Shown here one piece after another: positions 32,131 through 48,089 of a DNA stretch of 64,000 bases. The position numbers and the translations under genes are program-made. Where the stretch lies: the NCBI RefSeq assembly GCF_009914755.1, contig NC_060926.1; one strand, written 5' to 3'. The DNA is from the human T2T-CHM13v2.0 reference genome, Homo sapiens. Numbering within the stretch: position 1 is the stretch's first letter; each line of letters starts with the position of its first letter. The notes beneath the pieces were generated by a model, which saw nothing but the letters and a program-made list of their open reading frames with translations, ran no database searches and was not told the origin of the DNA.

Positions 32131-32388
32131 AGCAGTTGGCATGTTAAAATGGTGAAATGGCCTGTGATAACTCAGCTCCAGTATGAGCTAGATATAATAC
32201 CTTATGAGTATGTGCTATAAATCAACAATCACCAATACATGGTGCTGTTTCTCCCATAGCCAGTATACACAGGGTCTGGGAATCAAGGCTTCCAAGTGGG
32301 AGTAGGTCCTCTCTGTATTATTCCTAGTGATGCCCTAGAATAATGTTTGCTGCCTATCTCCACAACTTTGGGCTCTGCTGGTTTAGAG

Positions 32389-32596
32389 CAGACTTTTTCA
32401 ACCGTAACATTATTGTCATTTCGGCCTGGATAATTGGGGACGGTCTTGCGCATTGTAGGAAGCTTGGCAGCATCCCTGGCCTCTGCCGCTAGGTGTCAGT
32501 AGCAGCTGTTCCCCAGTTGTGGCAACCCAAAATGTCTCCAGACATTGCCAAATGTCCTCTGCGGGGAGCAAAATCGTCCTCACTTGAGAACCACCG
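32389..32596 (+). mobile_element. MER20 hAT MITE nested in an ERVL internal sequence
   Basis: gcagcatccctggcctct...aaaatgtctccagacattgccaaatgtcc...ttgagaaccac signature; TSD gtttagag / gtgtagcg. Confidence 0.85.
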
Positions 32597-32947
32597 GTGT
32601 AGCGTTAATCCCAAAAGTAGGAATGTTTGCATCAAGGGGCGTGACAATGAGTCCATTAAACTTGAGGTTGAGACTGCCGTTTGGCCACCTTAGGATCCTC
32701 ATGCCAGTGAATTAACAGGTAAAGAAGGGGCTTACTGTATTGGCAGGGGTGATTAATCCTAACTATCAAGTTATCCTGACTACATAATGATGTTAAGGAA
32801 GAGTATGTCTAGGATGCAGCTGATTTCCTGGGCGGGAGACTAAGTAATCCTATGCTCTATGATTAAAGTTAATAGAAAACACCACCACCACAGGCAGCAC
32901 TGAAAGTGCCCCAAACCCTTCAGGCATGAAGGTTTGGGTTATCCACC

Positions 32948-33589
32948 TGTTATCAGGAGGGCACTTGAGTGTAAGTTGTGGTGGTCCTTGGTGTTTTCAA
33001 CAAAGAATTAGACAAAACGCACAAAGTAACAAAGGAATGAAACACAGGGACGAAGCAGCAAAAGCAGGAATGTATTAAAGCGAGAAAGCACTCCACAGGG
33101 TGGGAATGGGCCAGAGCAAGCAGCTCAAGGGCCCAGTTGCAAAGTTTTCTGGGTTTTAAGTACTCCTTTTGAGGTGCTTATAGATGAAGGATTTGGTCTC
33201 TGGCTAATTAAAGGCTGAGGTGAATTGGTGCCCTATGTAGATGAAGCGATGGTCCCTGCCAGGCCCTCGGCCAATCCAGGGCACTTTCCTTTTCCATCTG
33301 AGATGTGGTAGATGGGGGAGAGTTGTAGGGAGAGTAGCCTTTGATCCTTTGCTACTCTGGTGTGAGGAGATGGGAAGGGGGGGTTCCTTTTGGTTCAGCT
33401 TTAGGATATTTACAGTAATTGGCCTTAGGATCCCTTCCCCCAGACCCAGGTGTTTTCCTTTTGATCCAGCTTTGGGAAGTCAGCGTGAATTGGCCTCAGA
33501 TTCCCTGCCCCCAGACCTTGGTGTTTTTCCTTGATTCAGCACGAATTGGCCTTAAGTTCCCTGCTTCCAGACCCTATTCTCCTGCCTCA
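32948..33589 (-). mobile_element. MER51-family solo LTR (ERV1)
   Basis: Minus strand starts TGAGGCAGGAGAATAGGGTCTGG and ends ...AACA; TSD cacc / cgcc. Confidence 0.8.
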
Positions 33590-33682
33590 CGCCCAGCAAG
33601 GAGTCAAGACCAGCTTGGGAGAGCAAAGAGAACACGGCAAAGAGTAGGAGCAGAAGGTAGTTGTACAAATATCAGCTGCAAC

Positions 33683-34308
33683 TGATACAGGAGCTTAAAA
33701 GAAATTGTTTAGGCTGTTAGTGAGGGCAAGCGAGTCCTCAGTAAGGTTTCCCTTTTAATAAAAAAGCAGCTCCAAAATCATTTCTAACAAAGAGCAGCCT
33801 GAAAAATCAAGCAGCAGACGTAGAAAAGCAAGCTAGAACCTTGCAGAGGTAAATGCTGGCAGCTGTGCCAATAGAAAAGGGCTACCTAGGAGCCAGGCAT
33901 ATCCAACATGGAGGCTCCATCTTCCCTTTTCTTTGTCACCACATGTACAGTCAGGGAACAGGCAACATGGCACCAGCCAGGTAGCAAACCTATCTGCATA
34001 ATAAAAGATTAGGGTGGGGTTGCTAGCTTCTTCAAGCACCATGTAAATGGCGCACCTGGTCCAACCAATCCTTTGCACCCTATGTAAATCAGATACCAGC
34101 TCCTCAAGCTCATCTATAAAACCACCCACATCTCTCCCTGAACCTGGAAATGTTGGGGACCCCTTCCTCTGCATGAGGCAGCTTTTCTCTTTCTTTCACC
34201 TATTAAACTTCTGCTCTTAAACTCCGTCCTTGTGTGTCCGAATCCTCGATTTCCTTGGCATGAGACAATGAACCTAAGGAATTACCCCAGACGAATGATG
34301 CTGCTTCC
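33683..34308 (+). mobile_element. ERV1 solo LTR (LTR9-like; subfamily uncertain)
   Basis: Starts TGATACAGGAG; CCAAT, CTATAAAA and ATTAAA in LTR order; 4-bp TSD caac on both sides. Confidence 0.75.
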
Positions 34309-34758
34309 CAACTACATGACCAGTAGCAAAAATGATTGCAATATTTATGAATATATCATTCTTAATTTGATATAAATTTGTGGAAATATGTGTGTGGAAT
34401 TACACACACATAGACACACACACACATATATTTAAAATTTTCCCTTCTACTATTCCCCTACCATCTAACACAAAATATGTTAATAGTAGTTAACTTTATA
34501 TCTCTATTTAAGTTATAGGATATAAAAGGAGGCATGTGACTGAGCTAAAAAAAGAATTCAAAGAAGAATGAACATCACCCAAAAGTGAAAAAGGGACTTT
34601 TTATCCTTTCTTGGGAAAATGGGTAGCATGTTTTTGGTTGAATGGGGGATTGGTGCATCATGTTAGGCAGAGGCATGACTTTGCTATTGCTTTTATCTGA
34701 AAACTAAATATGGGTTAAAGAGATATTTATAGGTACCTAGTTAAAAAGTGTATACTTG

Positions 34759-35076
<318 letters not shown>

Positions 35077-35094
35077 TCATCTTAGTGTATACTT

Positions 35095-35900
35095 GGTGAT
35101 TTTGTAACATGTCATCTTAGGTAGGCTAACCCATGTTTTCCAGGATTCTTATCCTGCATATTTCTAGTTAGGGTGGACCACAAGATAGATTTTGCATAAA
35201 ATTTGGGAGGTGGAGGTAAAACAGCAGCCATATTGCTTTTTACATTCAGGAGGTCAGTGAAGGGGCAGAAGATGCTATTGCAACTCATGCACATTGTTGT
35301 TTACTGGTTTACCTTGTTGATATGGGACAACAACAAGACCTGATATAACTCACCCCAGATCCTCCTTCAGATTTTCTAAATTCTGGGCCAAGCATGTCTT
35401 TAGTTCCACGATAAAGGGCTCAAGAGTCTCCTGCACAACACCTACGTCATTAAAGTAGAGCAGATTAATACAGGTTCTGGGTTTATGCTCAGGGATTCTA
35501 GATTGTCTTCATTCTCCCCCACTTTACATCCAACTTCCCTTCCTGAATATGTGCCTTGCAGGTCTTAAAAGTTTTTTAGACAAAGTCTTGCTTCATCAGT
35601 GGCACAATTATAGCTCACTGCACTCCCATGGGGTCTCACTGTGTTGCCCAGACTGGTTTCAAACTCCTGGCCTCAGCAATCCTCCTACTTCACCCTCCCA
35701 AAGTACTGGGATTATAGGCATAAGCCGCTGTGCCTGGCCCCACCTTGCAGCTCTGAAGCTCCAATATCAGACAAGAGCTTTACAGACTGTTTTAAACAGC
35801 TCCCACAATTGCATAAGGTCAAATCCCTGTAAATCTAGCTAGCTATCATCTGTCATCTATCTATTTATTTATCTTCTAGTGATTCTGATTATCCAATTAG
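35095..35900 (+). mobile_element. ERVL-type (MLT2-like) LTR following the internal fragment
   Basis: Position after the ERVL 3' end; tgtaa..tgtca.ctt.g start and cagctcccacaattgcataaggtcaaatccc end. Confidence 0.5.
35573..35739 (-). mobile_element. Partial AluJ/FLAM
   Basis: Decayed antisense Alu pieces. Confidence 0.75.
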
Positions 35901-36076
35901 ACTTTGAGTAATAAGATGGCTTTAATAGAGTAGACAGGGTTTAAAAGAAAATTAGTGAACTGGAAGATAAGTCAGAAGAAATTATCCAGAGTACATCATA
36001 GAGAGACTGCCACCCAAAAAAGGGAAGTTACAAAAGAGATTATTATAAAAACATAAATAATAGATTTAAATGTCTA

Positions 36077-36500
<424 letters not shown>

Positions 36501-38071
36501 TCAGCAATTTACAGATCAAGCATTAAACAAATACTAGGCAGGATAACTAAAAGAAATCCATACTAAGACACACCATACTGAAACTACAGAAAAGCAGAGA
36601 AAATATGTAAAATAGCCACAGAAAAGTTTTAAAAGTTTACCTTCAGAATAATGACAATTAGACTGCCAGCTGTCTTCACAGCTGCAACAAGGGAATCCAG
36701 AAGACAATAAAATTATATCTTCAATAAATTGAAAGAAAATAAAACTTCTGAACTAGGATTCTATACCTTGAAACAATATTATTCAAAAATGGAGGTGAGC
36801 TATAAGATATATTTAGGAAAACAAAAACAGAGAGGTCACTATGAGCAAATTATTTAGGAGATTCTGAATAAATTTAGAAATTAGAAAGAATGAATTTGAT
36901 AGCAGCAAATCTCAGGTGCAGGTTTGAGTTATAAGAAAAAAATGGACAATGAAGAAACTGATCATTCTAAGTAAATATTTAGTGAATAGAACAATATTAC
37001 TAAGGTATTTGGTAGTTAAAGTTTATATATGATGGGATTTCTGGTTCTAGGTAACATAGTAAAAGCACATTATAGTCCCTGAATATAGGTTTACCTAGAT
37101 AGGATGCATGGAATTGCTTGAAGACTCTAGAAAGTAATTAACGCAGGCAGATTGGTGAAGAAGATGACAATTCAAAGTACCACTGAAATAGCGTTAAGTT
37201 TTTAATTTTCTTTTTTCTGTGGTCCTCCTGCCACTAAGCCCAGACATAGGTACAATTGCAAATGTATGCAGAAGTGGGGGTAACTGAAGCTCAAGCTTTC
37301 TGGTTGGACAACCAAAAAATAAAGCTCCAGGGACCTGAAAAATTTTCTAGGAGACCATAATGAAGAAGGGGCCTAGAAAAATGACATCATAAATTTCTGA
37401 ACCCCCGGGCTTACCATATAGTTGCCCATGCATGGATCTGATCCTAATTGGCATGCCAAAGACTTTTGAGAGTTGAATAGACATAATTCATCCATGTCCT
37501 GACTGGTCCCTGGTAGTACAGATCTAAGATTCAAATAACATTGCAAAGGCATCCAGTTGAACAGGCACTGGAATCGCAGTGGGTTAGAAATCGAGGCCTG
37601 AACCTAACCGGGTCTATTACCAATAAAAACAAAAATATAAACATTCTGCATAAGATTTAACTAAGATCCAGAGGTTTTATAGCATATTATTATTCAGAAT
37701 CTCCAGGATACAATTCAAACTTATTTGGCATACAAAGAACCAGGAAAATCTCAAATTGCCTGGGAAAAGACAATCAACAAATGCCAAAGCTGTGATGACT
37801 TATATATTGGAATTATCTGACAGACTTTGAAACAGCTTTTTATAAAAACGCTACACTAAATGCCCTTGAAACAAATGGAAAAAGTAGAGCATCTCAGTAA
37901 AAAAAGAGAAGACATAAAGAAGAACCAAATGGAATTTTGAGAACTGAAAAATATAAAAACTAAAATTAAAAACTCAATGAATATTCAAAGACACAATAAG
38001 TAAATCAAATATGGAATATCCCAAAATGTTAAAGCAGAAAAGAAAAAAATGGAAGAGCAACAAGAGAATGA

Positions 38072-38600
<529 letters not shown>

Positions 38601-39004
38601 TAAACCAAAGAAAGCCAAAGTGACTGTATTAATATCAAACAAAGTGGACCTTAGAGTAAAAAATTAGCAGAGATAAATATAGATGTTGTGTAATTACAAA
38701 AAGGCAAATTCACCATAAAGTCATAATAGTCCTAAATAGGTATGCACAAATATACAAAGCACATGGAAAATTCACCAAGATAAACCATAAACTGGGTTAT
38801 AAAATAAACTTTAACAAATGTAATAGTATTGAAATAATAGAGAGATATTTGCTAACCATAATGGAATTGAATAAGAAATCAATAATAAATAACAACAACA
38901 ACAACGAAACCTCCAAATACTTGGAAATTAAACAACATACCTCTAAAAATTCCATAGGTCAAAGGAGGATTCACAAAGTAAATTAGAAAATATCTTGAAC
39001 TGAA

Positions 39005-39381
<377 letters not shown>

Positions 39382-40921
39382 TTATAGGAATTTTAGAGCT
39401 CTAAATACTTAAAGATCTCAAATAAATAAACTTCTACCTTCAGAAGTTAGAAAAAACAAGCAGAAAGAATGATATATTAAAGATAAAGGCAGAAATCAAC
39501 AACAGATAAGAGCAGAAAAACAATAAAGTTAAACCAAAATCTAATTATTTGAAAAGATAATTGATAATCTCTAGCAAAACTGAAAAGAAAAAGGAGAAAA
39601 GATACAAATTACCAATCAGACATGAAAGAGGATATTTCAGTACAGACTCCAGCGATAATTAAAAAAAAAAAAAGTCAATTTTATGAAACCCTCTTAGATT
39701 AAAAGCCAAATCCTCACAAACCACAAACCATGTAAACTCATCTAAGGTAAAGTACACAATCTAACAGAACAATAACTATTGAAGAAATTAAATTCATAGC
39801 TTAAAACCTTCTAAAATAAGAAATCTCAAGCCCCAGATGGTTTTTCTGGAGAATTCTACCAAACATTTAAGGAAGAAATACCAGTTTTATATGATCTCAT
39901 GCAGAAAATAGAAAAAAAAGGAACACTTCCCAAATTATTTTATTAGGCATGCATTAATCCAATTCCAAAAACAGTCAAAAACAAAGAAAGAAAACTGCAG
40001 ACCAATGTCCCTCCTGAACATAGATTTTAAAATCCTTAACTAAATGTTAAAAATCAAATCCAACAATATAAAAAGAATAATATGCAACAACTAAGTGGAG
40101 TTCATATCAGAAATATAAGGTGGTTTGTTATTTGCAAATCATTCAGTGCAATCCAACATGTTATGAGTCAAAACAAGAAAAACTATATGATCTCATCAAC
40201 TGATGCAGAAAATTATTTGACAATATCCAACATCAATTCAGCAAATTAGGCATAGATAGATTTCCTTAACAGAAAGATTTCCTTAATAGACAAACCTTAA
40301 CAAATGTCATAGAATTGAAATAATATAAAGTATGTTCTCTAACTATGGTGGAATTAAAAAAGAAATCAATAATAAATAACAAAAAACCTCAAAAACCAAA
40401 AAATAGATAGATATCCTCCATCTGATAAGGGCATGTCAAAAACTATGGTTACTAGCATACTTCATATGATTGAATGCTTTCCCTCTAAGATTTTGAAAAA
40501 GCAAGAGATATAAAAACTGAAAAAATGGCAATTTTTAACATAAAAAATAAATGAAGAAAGTCATTTTTCTGAGTGAAAAAAGCCTTACACAAAACAGCAT
40601 TTATTCTATTTATAAATCACACCATGTTTTAAATCAGGCAAAACTAATTTACAGTGAAAAAAGTCAGAGGAATGGTTGCCTCTGGATGCAGATGAGGATT
40701 GAATGGGCAGGGGCGGAGGGAAATTTCTAGGGTATGGTCATGTTTTATGTTTTCATAAGGATTTGGGTGACACAGGTATATGTATTTTCTGCATTTTTCA
40801 GAACTCATCAAATTGTTTTCTCAAGATTCTGCACCTCACTGTATGTAAAATTTACCTTAAAATGGTACTGCAAAAATATTACATTCTAATTAATGATTTG
40901 TATGCTGAAGTGTTTAGAAGG

Positions 40922-41300
40922 TGCTATAGACTGAATGTTTGTGTTCCTCCCAAATTTATGTTGAAAATTTGAAATTTTGAAATTCAGTATGTTGAAACGT
41001 AATCCCCAATGTGATGGTATTTGAAGATGAGGCCTCTGGGTGGTGATTAGGTCATGAGGTTGGAGCCCTCTTGAATGAGATTAGTGCCCTTATAAAAGAG
41101 AACCCAGAGGGCTCCCTTGCTGATTCCACCATGTGAAGACACAATGAGAAGACAGCCATCTGTGAATCAGGAAGCTGGCCAAATCTTCTGGCACCTTGAT
41201 CTTGGACTTTCTGACCTCAAGAACTGTGAGAAATAAATTTCTGTTGTTTATAAACCACCAGTCTATGATAATTTGTTATGGTGGCCCAAACAGACTAAAA
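40922..41300 (+). mobile_element. MLT1A-like LTR
   Basis: tgctatagactgaatgtttgtgt...gaactgtgagaaataaatttctgttgtttataa. Confidence 0.75.
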
Positions 41301-41519
41301 CCAGTGAAGTCTGCAACTTACTTTGAAATGTGTCTAAAGACAAAATCAACTGATGGATGGATAAAGGAAAGAATAGATAGCTAATAGTGTAATAAATATG
41401 GTAAAATGTTAACAAAGTAACAAGTAACAGAGAAAATTGGGAGAAACCTCTGGAGATTCCATGGCAATGGTGGAGTTTGTGGGACTAGGTGCTGTTTTAA
41501 ACTGACGTCTGTGGGTTGG

Positions 41520-41908
41520 TGTCTTAGTATGTTTTGTGCTGCTGTAACAGAATACCTGAGACTAGTTGACTTAGAAACAACAAAAATGTATTCCTCACAG
41601 TTCTAGAGGCTGGGAAGTCCAAGATCAAGGCACTGCCATGTGGCCTGGTGAGGGCCTTCTTGTTGTGTCCCCACTGGTGGAAGATGGAAGGGCAAGAAAG
41701 GGAAGAGCACCATGTCTTCACATGGTAGAACAGCAGAAGAGAGAGAAACAACTCCTGCAATCCCTTTTTATGGCAGCATGAATCCATTCATGAGGGCAAA
41801 CCCCTCATGACCTCTGCACCTCCCATTAGGCCCCACTTCCCAATACTGTTGCATTGAGGATTAAGTCCCCAACACATGAATTTTGGGGGACACACTCAAA
41901 CCATAACA
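41520..41908 (-). mobile_element. MST (MaLR) LTR
   Basis: tgtcttagt...ctcacagttctagaggctgggaagtccaagatcaagg...gggggacacactcaaaccataaca. Confidence 0.78.
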
Positions 41909-42947
41909 GTTGGTGTCTTGGGCCTGGGGCAGGAAGCAGCTTGGGAAGGTTGTGAGAAGATAAATTAGAAAAGAAACAGTTCCAATTGTGCCCTTGTTTC
42001 CCTCACCACTGCCTTGGACAGACAGTGACCCACATTTTATATTGGTGTCCTCCAGGCTAAAATCAGGGTAGTACAGAGCCTTGAGCTTGTGAAATGCTAG
42101 AAAAACAATGAAAAAAAAAAAAAAGACTCATCAGACAGAAACTAAGAGAAAGGTTTTATAGCTATATGAATATTTAAAAAAAAGATTTAAAAGACTTTAG
42201 GAAAAACAGCATCACTAGAAATGGAGAAAGTTACTAAATAACTTACTAGGAAGGGAAAACAACTTTAGACACTTTTGTACGATATCCTTGTAATAAATGA
42301 AGAATATGTGATATAACTATAAAAGAAGTGGAGAAATACATCATTGTGAGGGATTTAAATTACTTTACTTGATTGTTTTATCAAACAGATGAAGAAAAAT
42401 CAGCAAGGATATAGAAAATAAGAACTTTACAATGAATAATCTTGACCCACTGGACATATATAGAGTTCTGCATTTAACAATGAGAGAATTTACATTTTTA
42501 AAGCACAAATGGAACATTTACAAAAATGAATCTTATACACAAACCCTCAAAATTGTAAAGAATAGGTGTTATACAGACCGTAATTTATGACCTCATGGCA
42601 GTTAAGCTAGAAGTTAAAAACACTGCTAAGTAACTCATGGGTTAAAGAGTAAATTATAATAAAAATTATAAAATAACTGAAAATAAAAATACCACATGTT
42701 AAAACTTATAGGATTCAGCAAAAGCAGTTCTTCAAGAGAAAATTATAGACATAAATACTTATAATAGAAAAGATACATCAAAATTAATGAATGAAGAAGT
42801 TAAAAATAAAATAATAACCAAAAAAGAAAGCAGGAATAAAGATATAATATGATTGAGTGAAAATTGATGAAACAGAGACAATAAAAATAAGAGTAAAAAA
42901 TTATGACCTACAGTAAAAAGTGAATTCTTAAGGAAAAAAATCAATGA

Positions 42948-43124
42948 ATCACTTATATGAGAATTTTTTTCAACCAAACTTGGGAGTATCGGAGGGGTGC
43001 AGAAACCAGCGTATACAAAGGACCCACTTTTCATATAATAGAGTTGCCAAGGCCGAGTATGCGTGGATTTTGGTATATGCAGGGGTCTTGGTACCAATCC
43101 CCTATGTATGCTGAGGGATGACTG
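42948..43124. mobile_element. MER2-like TcMar-Tigger MITE fragment
   Basis: ggattttggtatatgcaggggtcttggtaccaatcccc...gagggatgactg end. Confidence 0.65.
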
Positions 43125-43666
43125 TCTATAAAATCCCCAGATATCATCCTAAATGGGAAAACTTTATAGTCATCTCCTTGAACATTGGGAAACAAGACAA
43201 GTATATCCAATATAACCACTTCTATTTAACACAGGATTGAATGTCCTAGTGCTGGAGATCCTAGCCAGGGCAGAAAAAGAAACTGGAGTCTAAGGATTGG
43301 AAAGGAAGAAATAAAACACTAGGTATGTTGTAACTTGTTATGCAGCAACAGAAAAGTAATACAAATACCAAATGCTTAGGAATAAATCTATAAAAGATGC
43401 AAGATATTTATATAAATGAAAGACATATAGGAAAAATTTCAACATTGTATTAAGAGATATGAGTCCTAAATAAATGGAGAGATATTACATATTCACAAAA
43501 TGAAAGACACAACTAAGCAATTGTCAGTTCTTTCAAAATTGGTCTATCAATTCAAGGCAATGCTAATAAAAATCTCAAGTTTTCTTTATGGAACTTGATA
43601 ACTCTAAAAGTTCTATCAAATTATAAATTCTAAATGACTACTTCTAAACTCTATATTAAAACTTAA

Positions 43667-44148
43667 GGCCGTGTGTGGTGGCTCAATCCTGTATTGCTAG
43701 TACTTTGGAAGGCTGAGGCTGGAGGATTGCTTGAGGCCAGGAGTTCAAGACCAGCCTGGGCAACACAGCGAGCCCCTGTCTCTACAAAAATAAAGACATA
43801 GGAAAAAATTACAAAATTGTATTAAGAGAAATGAGTCCTAAATAACACAGCGAGACCCTGTCTTTACAAAAATACAAATAAATTAGCCAGCCTGGGCACA
43901 TAGTAAGACCTCGCCTCTACAAAAAATAAGCCAGATGTGATAGAGTGTACCAGTGGTCCCAGCTACTTGGGGCAGTGGGGGGGTGTGGACAGCGGGTGAT
44001 GGCGGTGGCTGAGGTGGAAGGCTGCAGTTCTAGTTCTTGTATTATCTAGTGTGATATCTGTGATACATACACTCCTCCTTATCTGAGGCAATTAAAGACA
44101 AGGTGTCACAGATCACTAAGCACTATAATTGTGCCACTGCACTCCAGC
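43667..44148 (+). mobile_element. Rearranged, chimeric AluJ-like element
   Basis: Alu pieces interleaved with repeated left-arm ends and copies of flanking DNA. Confidence 0.85.
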
Positions 44149-44149
44149 A

Positions 44150-44246
44150 CATCTGGATGTACTGAGGTCATAACAAGGCTTGATGAGGCACATCTCACGC
44201 GTGCACATGAAAATCTAATCATCATGCTTATGAGCTGCAAAAGAAT
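44150..44246 (-). pseudogene. U13 (SNORD13) box C/D snoRNA retrocopy
   Basis: Minus strand reads ATTCTTTTGCAGCTCATAAGCATGATGATTAGATTTTCAT...GTGAGATGTGCC..CCTTGTTATGAC..., colinear with the recalled U13 sequence; TGATGA box C intact, 3' box D degenerate. Confidence 0.85.
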
Positions 44247-44276
44247 TGGAGGCAACATTTTAAAAGTACTTTTTCA

Positions 44277-44612
<336 letters not shown>

Positions 44613-45060
44613 TTAGGGTGTGTGTGTGTGTGTTAAAAACTTTCCAGTGACTAACACAAGTATTCATTTGTAACCTCAGTGTGTACTGTACGGGGAATTA
44701 TTCCTGCCAATTTAATTCTAACTCTAAGCCCCTATTCCGGTAGGTAGACAGAAAACAGTTGTAACTGGGGCTCCCTCCCCCTGCCTAGGGCCACATATAC
44801 ATTTAGGGTTTGTATAAGCTACCAGGAAGGATGGGGTAAGGGTCCCCTAATCTTCCAGCTAGGATGATCACCTAGGAGACCGTTTTTGTCCCAAGTCTGA
44901 CCAGTCTCCGAATGTCTAGTGGTCCAATATTGGGAGCCTTGGTATACCAGGGCTTATTCTTACCATCTGGGACAAAACACGGGCAATAAAAGGAATTTTT
45001 CTTAACACTAAATGTAAAGGAATTCAAAGTAAAGTAATTGGCTTTTTAAAGTATATCCTT

Positions 45061-45375
45061 GGCCAGGCGCGGTGGCTCACGCCTGTAATCCCAGCACTTT
45101 GGAAGGCCGAGGCGGATGAATCACTCAAGGTCAGGAGATAGAGACCAGCCTGACCAACATGGCAGAAACCACCGTCTCTATGAAAAATACGAAAATTAGC
45201 GGGCATGATGGTGCGTGCCTGTAATGCTAGCTGCTACTCGAGAGGCTAAGGCATGAGAATTGCTTGAACCCAGAAGGCAGAGGTTGCAGTGAGCCGAGAT
45301 CGTGCCACTGCACTCCAGCCTGTGAAGTGAAACTCTGTCTCAAAAAAAACCCAACAAAAACCAACGAAACAAAAA
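45061..45375 (+). mobile_element. Alu (S)
   Basis: TSD atatcctt. Confidence 0.95.
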
Positions 45376-45524
45376 TAATGATATCCTTCCTACTTTCTTG
45401 ATGTTAAAATGTCTTTTATGAAATAACCGTAAGATGTTTAATATGTTTAATTTATTTAGCAAAATAAAGTGTTGGTACCTTTATGTCCGTTACAATTTTT
45501 GTGTGCATAGAGGGTGGGGAAGGT

Positions 45525-46138
45525 TGACAAAGATAAAAAAACCTGGACATTAAAGTGGTGAAAACCAATTTTATTCAGTAATTACTAACAGTAGGGGAAA
45601 GAGCAGCGTTCCATTTCAATGCAGAGATAATTGAGCAGCTTAAAGAGAGAATAAGGGAGGGGGAAAGAGCCGGAATACATGCAAAACATTTCAAAGTCTG
45701 TCAGTATAAAAGTGATTAGATCAGCTGCGTCAGCTAGCTGGCGATTATCACTGAAGTCAGGATTCTACCCTCCCACCAAGAATGGGAGATAGCAACCTTC
45801 CAGATGATTAAATTTCAAAGGAATGGCTTTCAGGTCCTTAAGAAAGATACTCCTGAATTGTAGGAGAGAACACATACGTGTCAAGGGGACAGAGGAAGGA
45901 CTCACAATTTTAAGCTCTTTTTTTGTAAATGCTCCAAGAAAGGGGGTCAAGGGCCTATGGCCAGGTGGGCAGTGTTGAGTTTTCTCTGGGAGACATTTAA
46001 CCGAGAGGCCCGGGGAGAGATCTGCGGTCATCCTACGAACACGACCTTATGCTGCTACAAGGCTCGCTATAGTTTGGTGGTCTCTTTTTGCTGAGGTTTG
46101 GACAAGGTCATTACGTGACAAGAGTTCTGCAGTTCTCA
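45525..46138 (-). mobile_element. MER4-group ERV1 solo LTR (MER67-like; subfamily uncertain)
   Basis: TGAGAACTGCAGAACTC...TTTGTCA termini on the minus strand; ggacctgaaagccattcctttgaaat motif. Confidence 0.6.
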
Positions 46139-46874
46139 TGATCCATATGTCATTATTAGGTAAAATCTGTTAGGTTTAAAATTAATTAGTGTAATCTCTT
46201 TGATACCTACATTGCTCCTTAACTGAGGCAATTAAAGACAAGGTGTCACAGATCTCTAAGCACTTCTAGATTCTAAAAACCCATAGCCTCAAAGGAGCAC
46301 TGCCCCTCAATGCTCACCCCCACACACCTCCCCTTTCTGTTACCTAGAGAAAAAGACCAAGACCTGATGACAAATTTTACCATCAAACTTAAGTGGCGCA
46401 TGCCAACGGTTCGAAAAGGAGGCTTTTCATCCAGAGAGAACTGCACTGTCCTACGCCATCACAAACCAAACACCTTAACGAAGGCTTGAAAGAAATTCTC
46501 AGACCTCCAGATACAGGGGACAGGGGAAAACAGAAGTGCAAGAAAGAACAGCAACTGTTTACCACAAGGGCCTCTGGATAACTTCAAGAAAGCAGTTACC
46601 CAAATTAGCTACAGAAAGGCCTAAATTAACTAAAACAGTTACGATAAAACCGAAGTCCTGAGATTTTAATGTAACTCCAAATGTTAACATAGTTTCTTCA
46701 TAGTACCTTCATAGTACCTTTTGAAAGCTCCCTACAAATTTATTATGGTAAAGTGTGGCTATTAAGTACAGGTCCTGTCACTGGCTGCATTCAACTGAAA
46801 AAAAAAAAAAAAATAGTGCGACCACAGCTCCTGTCACTGGCTGTATTCAACTTTAAAAAAAAAAAAGGGGCGAC

Positions 46875-47169
<295 letters not shown>

Positions 47170-47447
47170 TTTATTTTCAATGTATATGTTAATATCAAAA
47201 ACTTTACATTTCCAATTTAATCCACTCATTGCAATTGTTTTTGAATGCATTCCATTTATGTATTAGTAAAATGTATTATTAAGGAAAGACAAATTAAGTC
47301 AGATATTTGGATTAATCATTGAGTCTATCATTTTAGTAAAAAGCAAGGAACTTTCCTTCAGGACTAATATATTAAATAGGCCAAAACACTGACTTGTCAT
47401 TTAAAAAATTTTTAAGGTCACTTCATAAGTATAAAAAACTCATGCAT

Positions 47448-47782
<335 letters not shown>

Positions 47783-48089
47783 TTATAAAATACTCGCATA
47801 CATTTTACATGTTAATATTATTACGAAATAAAGTAACGTTTATATAATTATTTCAATAGCTATTCCTATTTAAGTAATAATTGGGTAAATTTAACAGCAA
47901 ATACAAGAAAAAACTGCATGGCAAGCTATTTTCCTTAAAACATGATTCTGAACACTAAACGTTACAAAAACAGATACTTGCTACAACTGTGAAGGAGAAA
48001 CTGCATTTCCCTATTATTACAAGAACAAAGGTTTTCACAAAAAAATTTAAGGACTCTACAGCCGCCTTGTTCTTTGTTATCCCACCCCT

